Below, one piece after another: positions 21,895-33,620 of a stretch of DNA of 51,770 nucleotides (its first letter is position 1; the number at the start of each line of letters is the position of its first letter). The position numbers were made by a program, and so were the translations under genes. Under the pieces are notes generated by a model, which worked only from the letters and a program-made list of their open reading frames with translations, ran no database searches and was not told the DNA's origin. Origin of the DNA: Folioceros fuciformis. Taxonomy: Eukaryota. The DNA is taken from assembly GCA_049999805.1 (NCBI GenBank), contig JBNGIO010002463.1:1-51770 (forward strand). The letters run 5' to 3'.

Positions 21895-24057
21895 TCAGGG
21901 CTTCTTATGGTAGTACTTGGGGACGCACTCGCCCTTGGAGCAGTACTTCCCGGCGGGGCAAACGTTGCCACAGGAGCCGCAGTTGTTGTTGTCATTGGAG
22001 CAGTCGAGGCAGCTTCCCTTGCAGCAAAGCGATCCCTTGGCGCAGGTCTTCCCACAGGCGCCACAGTTGTACTCGTCGTCGTAGAAGCTCACGCACTTGC
22101 CTCCGCAGCACGAGTAACCAGCCCCGCACTTGTTGCCGCACGACCCGCAGTTGTAGGCGTCGTCCACGAAGCTCACGCATTTGCCGCTGCAGCAGGACTT
22201 GCCGGCCCCGCACTTGTTCCCGCACGCGCCGCAGTTGTAAGCGTCGCTGGAGGTGGACAGACATTTCCCGCTGCAGCAGCTCTGCCCGGCCGCGCACTTA
22301 TTGCCGCACGACCCGCAGTTGTAGACGTCAGAAGCGAAGCTCACGCATTTCCCCCCGCAGCAGTAGGTTCCCGCAGCGCACTTGTTCCCGCACGAGCCGC
22401 AGTTGTAGTTGTCCGAGCCGGTGGAGATGCACTTGCCGCTGCAGCAACTCTGGCCAGCTGCGCACTTGTTGCCGCACGACCCGCAGTTATAGGCATCGGA
22501 AGCGAAGCTCACGCACTTCCCACCACAGCAGTAAGTCCCCGCAGCGCATTTGTTCCCGCACGAGCCGCAGTTGTAGCTGTCCGAGCCGGTGGAGATGCAC
22601 TTGCCGCTGCAGCACGACTGCCCGGACGCGCACTTGTTGCCGCACGACCCGCAGTTGTAGACATCATAAGCGAAGCTCACGCACTTCCCGCCGCAGCAGT
22701 AAGTCCCCGCAGGACACTTCTTCCCGCAGGACCCGCAGTTGTAGGTGTCGGAACTGGTGGAGATGCACTTCCCGCCGCAGCAGGTCTGGCCGGCCGCACA
22801 CTTGATGCCGCACGACCCGCAGTTGTAAGCATCGCTGGAGGTGGAGATGCACTTCCCGCCGCAGCAAGACTGGCCCGCCGCGCACTTGTTGCCACAGCTG
22901 CCGCAGTTGTACACATCAGACGCAAAGCTAATGCACTTCCCACCGCAGCAGTACGTCCCGGCCGGGCACTTGTACCCGCATGTCCCGCAGTTGTAGGAAT
23001 CGGACACCGTGTCGGCGCACTTCCCACTGCAGCAAGTCTGCCCAGTGCCGCACTTGTTACCACACGCCCCACAGTTGTACTCGTCATCAGCAAAGCTCAC
23101 GCACTTCCCTCCGCAGCAGTAGGTTCCAGCCGGGCACTTGTACCCGCACTTCCCGCAGTTGTAAGAATCCGACATTGTCTTGATGCATTTGCCGCTGCAG
23201 CACGATTCCCCGGCACCGCACTTGTTCCCGCAAGACCCGCAGTTGTTCACATCCGACGCAAAGCTGATGCACTTGCCTCCACAGCAGTAGGTCCCGGCCG
23301 GGCACTTGTACCCGCATGTCCCGCAGTTGTAGGAGTCCGACAGCGTGCTGGTGCACTTCCCGCCGCAGCAAGACTGGCCAGCAGCGCACTTGTTCCCACA
23401 CGCCCCACAATTGTATACATCAGACGCAAAACTGACGCACTTCCCCCCACAGCAGTAGGTTCCGGCGGGGCACTTGTTCCCGCACTTCCCGCAGTTGTAG
23501 GAATCCGACACCGTCTTGATGCATTTCCCGCCGCAGCACGACTCCCCAGCACCGCACTTGTTCCCGCACGATCCACAATTATACACATCATCAGCGAAGC
23601 TGATGCACTTCCCCCCGCAGCAGTACGTCCCGGCGGGGCACTTGTACCCACACTTCCCGCAGTTATACGAGTCCGACACCGTGTTGGCGCACTTCCCGCC
23701 GCAGCAAGACTCCCCGGCCGTGCATTTGGCGCCGCACTTGCCGCAGTTCTTGACGTCAGAGCTGGTATCGGAACAGGCACCGTAGCAGCACTGGGATCCC
23801 TTGGCGCAGACGTTCTTGCAGGCCCCACAGTTATAGAGGTCCGCCAAGGTGTCGACGCACTTGCCGCTGCAGCAGGTCTGCTTGATCTTGTCGCAGTACG
23901 CCGTCACCTTGGGGGTGCAGTAGTCGTAGCCTTTGTGGTAGCCGCCTCCCCGTTTGTGCCCTCCCGATCCTTTGTAGTGGCCGCCATCACCGAATGCCGC
24001 TGGAACAGCGAGCAGCACCACCAGAGCCAACAGCAGCTGCGCTTTCTTTATGGTCAT
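21895..24057 (-). CDS. Secreted STIG1-like Cys-rich tandem-repeat protein, copy 3 (720 aa, intronless, ~23 repeats)
   Basis: Signal peptide MTIKKAQLLLALVVLLAVPAAFG, a G/H/Y-rich linker, then 23 NCGxC-containing 28-aa units with 6 Cys each. TATAAAG lies at 24204-24210 on the - strand. Confidence 0.92.
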   Translation of the reverse strand: MTIKKAQLLLALVVLLAVPAAFGDGGHYKGSGGHKRGGGYHKGYDYCTPKVTAYCDKIKQTCCSGKCVDTLADLYNCGACKNVCAKGSQCCYGACSDTSSDVKNCGKCGAKCTAGESCCGGKCANTVSDSYNCGKCGYKCPAGTYCCGGKCISFADDVYNCGSCGNKCGAGESCCGGKCIKTVSDSYNCGKCGNKCPAGTYCCGGKCVSFASDVYNCGACGNKCAAGQSCCGGKCTSTLSDSYNCGTCGYKCPAGTYCCGGKCISFASDVNNCGSCGNKCGAGESCCSGKCIKTMSDSYNCGKCGYKCPAGTYCCGGKCVSFADDEYNCGACGNKCGTGQTCCSGKCADTVSDSYNCGTCGYKCPAGTYCCGGKCISFASDVYNCGSCGNKCAAGQSCCGGKCISTSSDAYNCGSCGIKCAAGQTCCGGKCISTSSDTYNCGSCGKKCPAGTYCCGGKCVSFAYDVYNCGSCGNKCASGQSCCSGKCISTGSDSYNCGSCGNKCAAGTYCCGGKCVSFASDAYNCGSCGNKCAAGQSCCSGKCISTGSDNYNCGSCGNKCAAGTYCCGGKCVSFASDVYNCGSCGNKCAAGQSCCSGKCLSTSSDAYNCGACGNKCGAGKSCCSGKCVSFVDDAYNCGSCGNKCGAGYSCCGGKCVSFYDDEYNCGACGKTCAKGSLCCKGSCLDCSNDNNNCGSCGNVCPAGKYCSKGECVPKYYHKKP

Positions 24058-24860
24058 GGCTCCCTCCGCGCCCTCGCCCGCAAGATACGCTCGATCGACG
24101 ACTCGATAGATGTGTCTCTAAATCACGACGATGATCGATCTCTGCTGCGGGCAGGCGGAGTACGTGGTGAGTCGGGACTGCATTGGCTTGCTGGCTGCTC
24201 ACTCTTTATACCCGTCTAGCCGGGTGACCGGTTCCTACCGGCGTGGCCCTTCGCCAGCCCGATAGGTCCTCGGGTACAGCGCGCCTGTGCAGGATAAGTG
24301 GTACAATTGGCGGTAAGTGTTGACGGGGTAAAGATAGGCTTGTGGCCTGGCTTATCGTGCCAGGTGATCCGCACTAGCTTCCAACCAGCTCTAACTGTGT
24401 GTGTGCCGACATAGCTACTCTTCTTCCATCGTCGGATAAGGTGGTGACGTAACCAACACCCAGCCATTTGACAATTTCCACGCACCCCGTTCACAAACGT
24501 ACTGTATACCACCGATCACCAAAATGAACTGTCAATCACCCACAATCGCAGCTGGCCATGGGTTGTGAGGTCGACGAGTTGCCGCCAACTCTGACAGCTT
24601 TTGCTAGGCTAGCTTTGCCAAGGAAAAAGCCTCTCAGATAAGGACGCAAACATATTGTATTGTTGTACACTGGAGTGATCAAAATGCTTCTACCCAATGG
24701 CAACCTCCCTCTGTCACCCATCCGATCGAGAAACACTCCTGGACCAGTGCTCTGTGCAAGAAACAGTGATCGACCGCCAGGGTGTGTTCTTGACTGATTC
24801 TTGTCCCAAGCAAGTTGGCGCACGCGGACACCTGTCCGGGCATATGCTAGCTGTTCCAAA

Positions 24861-24925
24861 GGCCGGGCCCCAAATCTATGCTGTGTCGTGAGGCTCACCA
24901 CACAGCATAGATTTGGGGCCTAGCC
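24861..24925. repeat. Near-perfect 65-bp fold-back palindrome
   Basis: 24866-24886 GGCCCCAAATCTATGCTGTGT is the exact reverse complement of 24900-24920. The inner GTGAG/CTCAC also pairs. Confidence 0.9.
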
Positions 24926-25674
24926 CAGTTTTCTTTCAATTTTGTTTTCAAGAAAATAAAATTCCTTCTTTTTTTTTAAGGTAAAATTACTTTACCCTCC
25001 AAGTTTAGACTAAAAGTGTATTTTTAAACCCGCAAGTAAAAACTATTTGCCCGAGGTCTGGTGCTGAGGATCGGTGTGGTCTGGAAAAGATTGTGTGATT
25101 GGAAGAATACCATGTTTAGAAAGTGAAGAGCTGTCTCGACGTTGACTGACTTTGACACACCTCTCCCTAATTGGCTGCCGAGGCCCAGCGTCCTAGGTAG
25201 CTAGCCCTCGGTAGCAAAAAATGAGCTTACCGTATTATGAGGTTTCCCATGCGAGCTTCTTGCTGCTTGACTGGCTTCTGCTCAATTTCTCAGTGTGTGC
25301 TTCCTTCGGTTAAGCGTGTGGAAACAGTGTCGAGTCCTTTTAGAATGCCAGACCGGTCCCGCGCTACCAAAGGGGAACTGGAAGCATTTCTGCTGCATGT
25401 TCTCATCGACCTATGAGCAGACTGAGATGGGTGCGCACAGATAACAGCACTGTGTTCCATTGAATGTAGCACGATATAGAAGTCGTCCTTGACGGAATGC
25501 ATCAAACGTGTGTACAGTGCACCCTCGGGACAAGGTTCTTGAACTAAGCCATAGTTTACAATGGTCGACACCTATGTTCACAGCAGTGGCGTGCAGCATT
25601 AGCACGCTCTGTCAGCAGGAACCTCAAACCTGGCAATGCCCGTGGCCAGACCATGGCACGTCTAGCTCGGAAGG

Positions 25675-26224
25675 CTAGAGAACGCACACGCCCCTGAGGC
25701 AGCTCTCGTTCGCAGCGCACTTGATGCCGCAGGCGCCGCAATTGGCAGTGTCCCTGCCTTCCAAGACATCGATGCAGGTGCTCCCGCAGCACAGCCCATC
25801 CTTGTCACAGATGCTACCGCATGTGCCGCAGTGGTTCTCGTCGTCCACTAAGCTCACGCAGTTCCCGCTGCAGCACGCAAACCCCGTCCCGGCCCCGCAC
25901 GCACCGCAGTTGGAAGCATCGCTGGCGGTCCTGGTGCACTTGCCGTCGCAGCAGGACTGGCCGTCCGTGCACCGGTTGCCGCAGCTCCCGCAATTGTGCA
26001 CATCAGTTGCGCAACGGGTGCAGTTCCCGTCGCAGCAGGACGTGCCGGCCAGGCACTTGATCCCGCACTTCCCGCACTTCCCGCAGTTGTGAGCATCAAT
26101 CATCAAACCTCCCGAAGCTCGAACGTGGGTGATGGTGGAGGTTCCCCGAGCCCTCCTGGATCCCGACCAGCAGGAACAGGGCCAGCATGAAGGTCGCCGC
26201 GGCCGACGCCTCAGTCTCGGTCAC
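25675..26224 (-). pseudogene. STIG1-like gene, copy 4 (short, divergent, frameshifted)
   Basis: About 5 Cys repeats at 25675-26106. A signal-peptide-like VTETEASAAATFMLALFLLVGIQEG lies upstream in a different frame (GTG at 26224), and no intron reconciles the two frames. Confidence 0.7.
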
Positions 26225-27232
26225 ACGGAAAACGGAACCAGAAGCTGTTCGAGTGGACTGGACTTCTACAATGAGAACGCGGACTACGAAACACAGTTCG
26301 TTTTTGCGAGCCCGCACCGCGTTCAACTGGGCCGGCACGACCCAGTCGGAATTGGATCGGGATGACGTTGAGACTGTGTTGTGTTACGCGTGGTCGGGGA
26401 TCCATGTTCCAAAGTTTGACCAATGGAAGACCTGAACATGACGTAATACACAGTATTCTGCATGCTAGAAACTTGCGAGCCTAGCCTGCAGATCGTGGCC
26501 ACCAACTTTCAGGCATCGGGAATCGGGAATCAGGACCAAGCAACTGTACCAGCGTGCAACAACAAGGCTGCTGCTTCCCAGATCTTGCTCACCGCCTTCT
26601 CGGAAACAGGTTCCAGGAAGGGCCTGCCGCTTGGGAGGACGGGATAGGACTGGCGACAGGTGCCGGGCATGCTTCCAAATGTGAAAAGAGCTGTCAAAAA
26701 TCCACTGTACAGCTTCTCGCTTCACTCGCCAACTTTTACGCCTCCCCAAGTGGAGGGAAAGGATACCAGTCGGTAGGGCAGCTCGGTCCCGAGCAGTTAC
26801 TTGATCGATCAAGTGTCGCCAGCCAGCAGCTCGCTCACCTTGTAGATAACAGCGGGGTCGGATATGGCAGGCCTCCATGAGTGTTGTATTTGTGTCCTTG
26901 TTTGCTCTTTCGTTTGCAGAGTCAAGCTTCGAACGCCATTCCTGCACCTTATCCAGGAGCTGCTACTACGGTGGGTAGCCCGACAGTAGCACCTGCGTCC
27001 GTAATCGATGAGTCAAGGTAAGGCCACAACGGGAGCCTGTAATAAGGAGTAGAACGTCCGTTCTGGCAACTAGAAAGTAACGGATTGTGTGCATCGCCTG
27101 TGCAGCTGTGCAAGGGTGTGAACTGAGGTGGACCAGTGCCTAGAGTACTACATCACTTGGTCTTCCAAGTTACTGTTCCATGCCAAAAGCCATGTTCCCC
27201 CCAGGCCTGAGGACTTGAGGGAACAAGGAGGT

Positions 27233-27297
27233 CTGCCCTTTTAATCCAAGGCTGCCCTTTTAATCCAAGGCTGCCCTTTTAATCCAAGGCTGCCCTT
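27233..27297 (+). repeat. 19-bp minisatellite
   Basis: CTGCCCTTTTAATCCAAGG x3.4, perfect copies. Confidence 0.95.
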
Positions 27298-28518
27298 GCG
27301 AAAGTCCGTTCGGACACCATCCAGATCAGGACTCAGGATTAGGTCAGACTTGTTGGATCTGCTGTCGGTTTCGATGGGACGAGCAGCAGCTCGACAGTTC
27401 TGACAATTTTCTCTTGCATAGCATTAGATTGACTCAGACAGATCTGTTCATCTTTGCATCATCTGAAGGTGAGTTCATGTTGCCTTCTTCTGTCCGCTCT
27501 AAGGTTTTCGTTTTTATTTTGCGTATCTTTTCTCTTCGCTTGAACAAGTAGTATTAGACCTGAGGAGCTCGGTAATGAGGCTGCAGCGTCCCTAAGATGT
27601 ATGACGGCTGGATGCCATGACTGTGTGTTTTGGAGCTCCAAAGACGCGAGTGCGTCGGCATCGAAGACATCCTCCCGTTCAAGTGGACTCGTGTAGACTT
27701 CCTCTTGCTGTTCCAGGTTAGGAACTGCATGAATAAAGCCCAAACGATGGTGGGACATCCGTAATAGTTGAGGAAGGTGGTCCTTGCCGACAACTAAGGT
27801 CATTGCGCTGGCTAGGATGGGCCTGTGAAAACGGAAGCACAACCGGCTCACTTTCCCAATAGCCTCTCACAGTTCGTGTTAGAGATCGAAGCGAAGCACG
27901 GCTGCTAGGTTGTTTTGAGACAGCACTCCCCTGCTTGTGAAGGTCAAATGCCTTGCACAACATCATTGCCTCAAGTAGGAGCGTCAGCCAGTTTGGTAGT
28001 GCTTCGGTTGCCCGAGACTAAAAGAATGTATTGCGCCATCCTGCTGTGGACACATTCTGAACACATTTACAACACCTTGCAACCCTCACTCAAAGCACTT
28101 TTCCCAGCATTTGGTTGCACAAGGACACGTCCAACTCGTGAAGACCCTCTCCCACTGGAAAAGCCCGCACATGTCGACCCCTTAGGAGCGTGTGAGAGGT
28201 TTGAAAAATGGTGTGTGCATACTGGAAGTCTCGTACCTCACGATACTCCCTTGCCACTTGCAGGCTTCGAGCCCCAGCTAGGCCATAACATCGGGGAAGA
28301 CGTTGCCTTGTTGTCTGGTAAACAAGGATGGTAACAGGGTTACAGCGCAGTTACGAGGATGGTAAACCCTCTTGAAAGCGAAATGGAGGAAGAAATGGGC
28401 ACGGGTGATGAGATAAGGTCACACCTGCGCCACGAAACAAACAAACAACGACCAGTCTTTCAACTTCCAAGTGGCACTGGAGAATTCCTGAGGAACAGGA
28501 GGAGCTAGAGCAGAAGAA

Positions 28519-29857
28519 ATGGCGGCAGCAATCTGTGGGTCGGCATTGGGGCGGAAGGAGCTGCTAGGCCAGGCCCTTGCTGCTGGCCCCACACCCAAGT
28601 CCAGTTCTCGCTCCCCTCAGCATCACGCCGTCGCAGCATTGGAAAGGATAAATGTGGTTCAAGCCGATGCTCAGCTCACGAGATCCCGTGGTACGAGCTC
28701 TGCAGCAAGGTGTTTAACCAGGCGATGCATGAATCCGACAACCATGCTGGCCCAAGTGTCTGCACTGAATGGAAGCACATGTGTGTTGGAACAGATCCTG
28801 TCTCCAGTTTGTCCAGGCGCCAGGTGGTTACAGGGACTGGAGCCCTACTAGCAGCTCTTCCTCTGTTGGAAAAAGCCGCCCTTGCTGAAAGTAAGTGCTA
28901 CGGGGAATTCTTGTCGGATTCACCTCTTCTGTGCAGTTTGGGATGAGTGAAGAGTTGTGATCAGGCTTGGTATATATCCCGTCATTTGGATGACTTTTGG
29001 TGTGGCGTATGGACACAGGGGCGCCAAAGGGGTACACTGCAGTTCTGGACAACATCGATGGCTATACATTCTTCTATCCTTTTGGGTGGCAGGTGGGCCT
29101 TTCTGCAGAAGCTGGTGGGAGGAGAGACCGATTGAAGCACAAGTGGTATTTGAAGTTTAGTTAATTTGCTCAGGGGTGCAAACCTTCATTCGGTGTTCTC
29201 AGGAAGTGGTTGTCCGGGGCCAAGATGTGGCCTTCAAGGATGTGATTGAGCCATTGGAAAGCGTGAGCGTCAGCATCATCAAGACGGACAAAACCAGCCT
29301 GCAGGAGCTTGGCTCTGCAGATGAGGTGCAAGAACTGTCCTTCTCAAAACACATGTACTTCATGTGCCTGGCACATGGATGACATTTCTGGTGAGGATGG
29401 TGGGTGTAACAGGTAGCCAAGGCTCTGGTGGAAAAGGTTTTGGCCTCACCATCTCAGAAAACACAACTTTTAGAGGCCAAAGAGGTAGAACCATGTCCTG
29501 CTCCATTTTTTTGCCTAGGTTGGTCAGAAACAGCAGGGCACTGACTTTCCTTCATGGTTTGGGACTTTTGGCAGAGATCTGCCGAGGGGAAGACATACTA
29601 CACATTTGAGTTTCTTGCCAAAGCCCCGACATACACGCGGCATGCTCTTGGAACGGTTGCTATTGGGGATGGTACGTACTCTTGTGTTGCCTAGTGTGGT
29701 TGCATCCTACTTGGTGGGTGGGCTGTATATCTCAGTCTCGAAGTTTTCTGTCGCAGGGAAATTCTATGCTTTGACGACGGGGGCAAATGAAAGGCGATGG
29801 TCGAAGATGCAGGATAAGCTCCGGGTCGTTGTAGATTCATTTGCCCTGTTAACCTGA
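28519..29857 (+). CDS. PPL1: PsbP-like protein 1, thylakoid lumen (multi-exon)
   Basis: Twin-arginine SRRQVV...AALA. Exons give DGYTFFYPFGWQ|EVVVRGQDVAFKDVIEPLESVSV...|...TYYTFEFLAKAPTYTRHALG...|GKFYALTTGANERRWSKMQDKL. Introns are GT-AG. Confidence 0.92.
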
Positions 29858-30402
29858 AAACGACAATCGCCACAGACCATTTTTCGACTTTTCTTCTTGC
29901 AACATGTGTATAAAACACATGCAACGATGGCATGACACAGCCCTTCGAAGAGCATGCGTGATTCTTTCAGCTATATCGACAGTAGAGTTCTTCAGTCTAC
30001 TGATTTGTAGGGACTCCATCTACGATTGTGACACGTGATGTCTAGTTTGTGAATGCGAAGGCGATGGCTGGCTTTTACTCTTCGAAGATTCTCTTTCACT
30101 TGCTTGTACGTAAACTTCAAACCTATATACAAGTGACCGGATTACAAGCGTTGTTTCCCTCACCTATGCACCAGTTGGAAATATGGATGTATGCCCTACT
30201 GTCTCGCAGCCTGTGCCAGCTCTGAGATTTGTTTTCACCACAATCGAAGGCTGGCATCCCCAAGACCGGCTGCGGATCAAGGGTGGGGATTCACAAGTGT
30301 GCATCACAAGATACAAACGCGGATGGGGTTAAGTTGGGCGATCACCACATTGCAAGCATCTTTAAGTAGTGATGCTTGCAGTTTTGTAATTAGTTTACCC
30401 TC

Positions 30403-32856
30403 TTGCAGGCCATGGCTGCATCGAGCTGCGCTGCAAGTGATGCATGCATGTGGCAGCAGCATTCCTCCTCGTGGGGAGAAATTGTGTGGAACAAACAACG
30501 TGGTGGATCAACAGGTATTCCTGCACGAGGTCCGGACGACGTGATTCCAAGGAGTCAGGGGTTGGCAAACAACGAAGCCGCGAGTTGGTGCACCTTGGCA
30601 AGAACCCATGAATTGGATATGGAGATGGGTGTACGAGCCCCCTCACTCCACAGGACTATTCCATACCCGGACCCCCGCGACCTTGGCAGGAATGCAGGAC
30701 ACGACGGGGGCATAAAGGCCGAAACCATAAGACAACGATGTCAGGATGGTCAGCTCACTGAGGCTGTTGAGGCACTGGGCATTTTGGTGCACACAGAGTG
30801 CCAAGTTTCGAGATTTCTCTTCTACCAGGTCCTGAAAGAGTGTGTGGCAAAGAAGGATCTTGTATTGGGTCGCCAGGTTCACGCTCTCAGCGTGAAAAAG
30901 GGGTATCAATCCGACACCTTCTTGTGCAACCACATCCTGCGAATGTATGGCTCTCATGCCCGGTTGCAAGAAGCTGTGGATGTATTCAGTATGGTTCCGG
31001 AACCAGATGCCTTCATGTGGTCTTCTATGATATCTGCGCATGTTAAACACGGTCACGATAAGGAGGCCATCCAACTATATCACCAGATGCGCCGGTCAAG
31101 TGTGAAGCCAGATAGCCATGTGTTTGTAGCAACCCTGCAGGCTTGTGCGAGAGGGGGAGCATTGAAGTCCGGGCAGAAAGTGCATGCTGATGTGTTGGCT
31201 TGTGGTGCTGACAAAGATGTGTTTGTTTGTAGTTGCTTGGTGGACATGTATGCCAAGTGTGGCAGCCTGCAAGAGGCTCAGAGAGTGTTCGATGGGCTTT
31301 CTGAAAAAAATGTGGTGACATGGAGTGCTATGATAGCAGGATACTCCCAGCAGGGCATGGGCCAGGAGGCCCTCAAACTCTATAAGGCTATGCAAGAAGA
31401 GGGCATTGTCACACCCAATTCGGTGACGTTTGTGGGCCTCCTGCAGGCGTGTGCATGTATGGGTGCTCCGGCATTGGATCAGGGGAAAGACCTTCACGCA
31501 CAGATTAGGCAACAAGGACTTAAGGCTGATGTTGTTGTGGGAGGGAGCCTGGTAAACATGTATTCAAAGTGTGGCAGCCTAGAGGATGCTCGAGCTGTGT
31601 TTGACAGTCTTGCCCAAAAAACTGTTGTCACCTGGAATGCCATGATAGCAGGATATTCCAAGCATGGCATGGGACAGGAAGCCCTTATCCTGTACAGAGG
31701 TATGCAAGGAGAAGGCATGGCTGCACCCAATGCCGCCACGTTTGTGTCCCTCTTGCAGGCATGTGCCAATGTGGGCGGCCAGGCTTTGGAGAGGGGGAAG
31801 GAGCTTCATGCAAAGATTAGGCAAGGAGGATTCCAGCTCGATGTAGTTTTAGGCGGTAGCCTGGTAAACATGTATGCAAAGTGCGGCAGCCTAGAGGATG
31901 CTCGAGACGTGTTTCACAGGCTTGACGAAAAGAATGTGGTCACCTGGAATGCAATGATAGCAGGATATTCCCAGCAGGGGATGGGGCAAGAAGCTCTCGA
32001 CCTTTACCAGGCTATGCTAGAAGAAGACAAGGCTGCACCAAACGCGGTGACATTTCTATGCCTCCTCCAGGCATGTGCCAGTGTAGCAGCGTTGCATCTG
32101 GGAAGACAGCTTCATGTACAGATAAAGGAACAAGGGTTTCAAACCAATGAGCTTGTGGCCGGGAGTTTGATAACCATGTATGGGAGCTGCTGCTCCATGG
32201 TTGACGCTAAGCAGGTGTTTGACGCATTGCCTAAAAGAGATGTTGTTATTTGGAATGCATTGATTGCAGGGTACACCCGCCAAGGAGACAGTGATGAGGT
32301 GTTTTCTTTGATCCACAGAATGAAGGATGATGGTATACAGCCAGACAGCATCACATTCCTTAGTCTACTAACAGTGTGCAGTCATACGGGTTTAGTGTAC
32401 AGGGGGCAAGAGTACTTCAAGGCCATGAGCAGGCAATACGCCATCTCTCCGACCGCAGCCCACTACACCTGCATGGTAGACCTCCTGGGTCGTGCAGGCC
32501 AACTGGACGAGGCACTAGCCTTAGTAAGGACAATGCCTGTACCTCCTGATGCTGCAGTTTGGCGAACTTTACTGGCCGCTTGTCAAAAATGGGGCAACAT
32601 GGCGGTGGGACGCCATGCATTTGATGAAGCAGTGAAGCTAGACAAGAACCATGCTGCAGCTTACGTGTTGATGTCAAACATTTACAAAGATCCCGATTTG
32701 ATGGGCGAGCAGCCACACCAGATGCAGGCAAGGAGGACATGTGTTGGAGCATGGAAGCAGCCTGGACAGACCTGGTGGACGGATATGCACGGATTGGTGC
32801 ATAGTTTTTCAGTTGGGGATAATCAGCGAGGGGGTGAAGAAATTCTGTACCCATGA
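30403..32856 (+). CDS. PLS-class PPR protein with E domains and a truncated WW-type PG box (organelle RNA-editing factor)
   Basis: Repeated P/L/S motifs (LVDMYAKCGSL, VVTWNAMIAGY) and HYTCMVDLLGRAG. The E region ends KQPGQTWWTDMHGLVHSFSVGD and then stops. Exact start codon uncertain. Confidence 0.93.
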   Translation: MQAMAASSCAASDACMWQQHSSSWGEIVWNKQRGGSTGIPARGPDDVIPRSQGLANNEAASWCTLARTHELDMEMGVRAPSLHRTIPYPDPRDLGRNAGHDGGIKAETIRQRCQDGQLTEAVEALGILVHTECQVSRFLFYQVLKECVAKKDLVLGRQVHALSVKKGYQSDTFLCNHILRMYGSHARLQEAVDVFSMVPEPDAFMWSSMISAHVKHGHDKEAIQLYHQMRRSSVKPDSHVFVATLQACARGGALKSGQKVHADVLACGADKDVFVCSCLVDMYAKCGSLQEAQRVFDGLSEKNVVTWSAMIAGYSQQGMGQEALKLYKAMQEEGIVTPNSVTFVGLLQACACMGAPALDQGKDLHAQIRQQGLKADVVVGGSLVNMYSKCGSLEDARAVFDSLAQKTVVTWNAMIAGYSKHGMGQEALILYRGMQGEGMAAPNAATFVSLLQACANVGGQALERGKELHAKIRQGGFQLDVVLGGSLVNMYAKCGSLEDARDVFHRLDEKNVVTWNAMIAGYSQQGMGQEALDLYQAMLEEDKAAPNAVTFLCLLQACASVAALHLGRQLHVQIKEQGFQTNELVAGSLITMYGSCCSMVDAKQVFDALPKRDVVIWNALIAGYTRQGDSDEVFSLIHRMKDDGIQPDSITFLSLLTVCSHTGLVYRGQEYFKAMSRQYAISPTAAHYTCMVDLLGRAGQLDEALALVRTMPVPPDAAVWRTLLAACQKWGNMAVGRHAFDEAVKLDKNHAAAYVLMSNIYKDPDLMGEQPHQMQARRTCVGAWKQPGQTWWTDMHGLVHSFSVGDNQRGGEEILYP

Positions 32857-33620
32857 CGTCCATGGTAAGCTGGTATTCAGTAGTCTCCTGTATTAAATAC
32901 TTCCTCTTGCTTATCAGCTCCAGCAGCTGCAACCAGACGGGGGAGAAATTCAGGATTACTTTTCAGTGACTGCACAAACAGGCGAGGCTTAAGGATGAAG
33001 TTCAATAAAAAACGAACACCCAAACACCGCGTACGAGCCAGACGTTATCATTTGCTAGGGAGAAGGCATCGGAACTTTTCTTGTACAGGTGATCTGGCGA
33101 AGGGCGGCCTTCAGGGCGGACAGGTTCTTGACTTTCCAGCGGCTCCAAAGAAGGTATCCGGGAACTGTTCCTCGGGTTGCTTGAGGGTCACGCGAAGCTT
33201 CCACAAGCCCACATGTAATCAACGAGCAGGGCGATCTCAGTCAGCTGACGTCCGATGGCAGGTTATCATTGGCAGCTTGTGGGGTACGGTGGACTGTGTT
33301 AGGGTGTCGCATCCAATTGGGGACAGCAGGTAGTTAACCACCGAGACCGCGTCTTTCGGGCAGCATACGATGCCATGGCCGAGGTTTGAAAGATTCTTTT
33401 CCGCGCTTAATTCATGGCTTTCGCTGGTGGCCGCATATTCGACTGCACAGGCGGTGACGCTCCGCACCTTGGAAAGGAGGAGGTTTCGTTGGGCATGGTG
33501 ACAGGGTGGAGAATAGAAATTGAACATGACTGGACAACCCCCATCAGAGGTAAAGGTTGAGGGAATACCCTTCCGCTTCACCCGTTGTCGATGACCACCG
33601 TACGCACCATATGCGGCATC

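Noticed and set aside
21907-24219. 770-aa antisense ORF (also 231-1388 + and 6056-7198 -)
   Set aside because: Shadow ORFs of the GC3-rich Cys repeats. They are Ala/Val/Arg low-complexity and have no independent features.
26430-28400. Short ORFs between STIG1-like copy 4 and PPL1
   Set aside because: No identifiable product.
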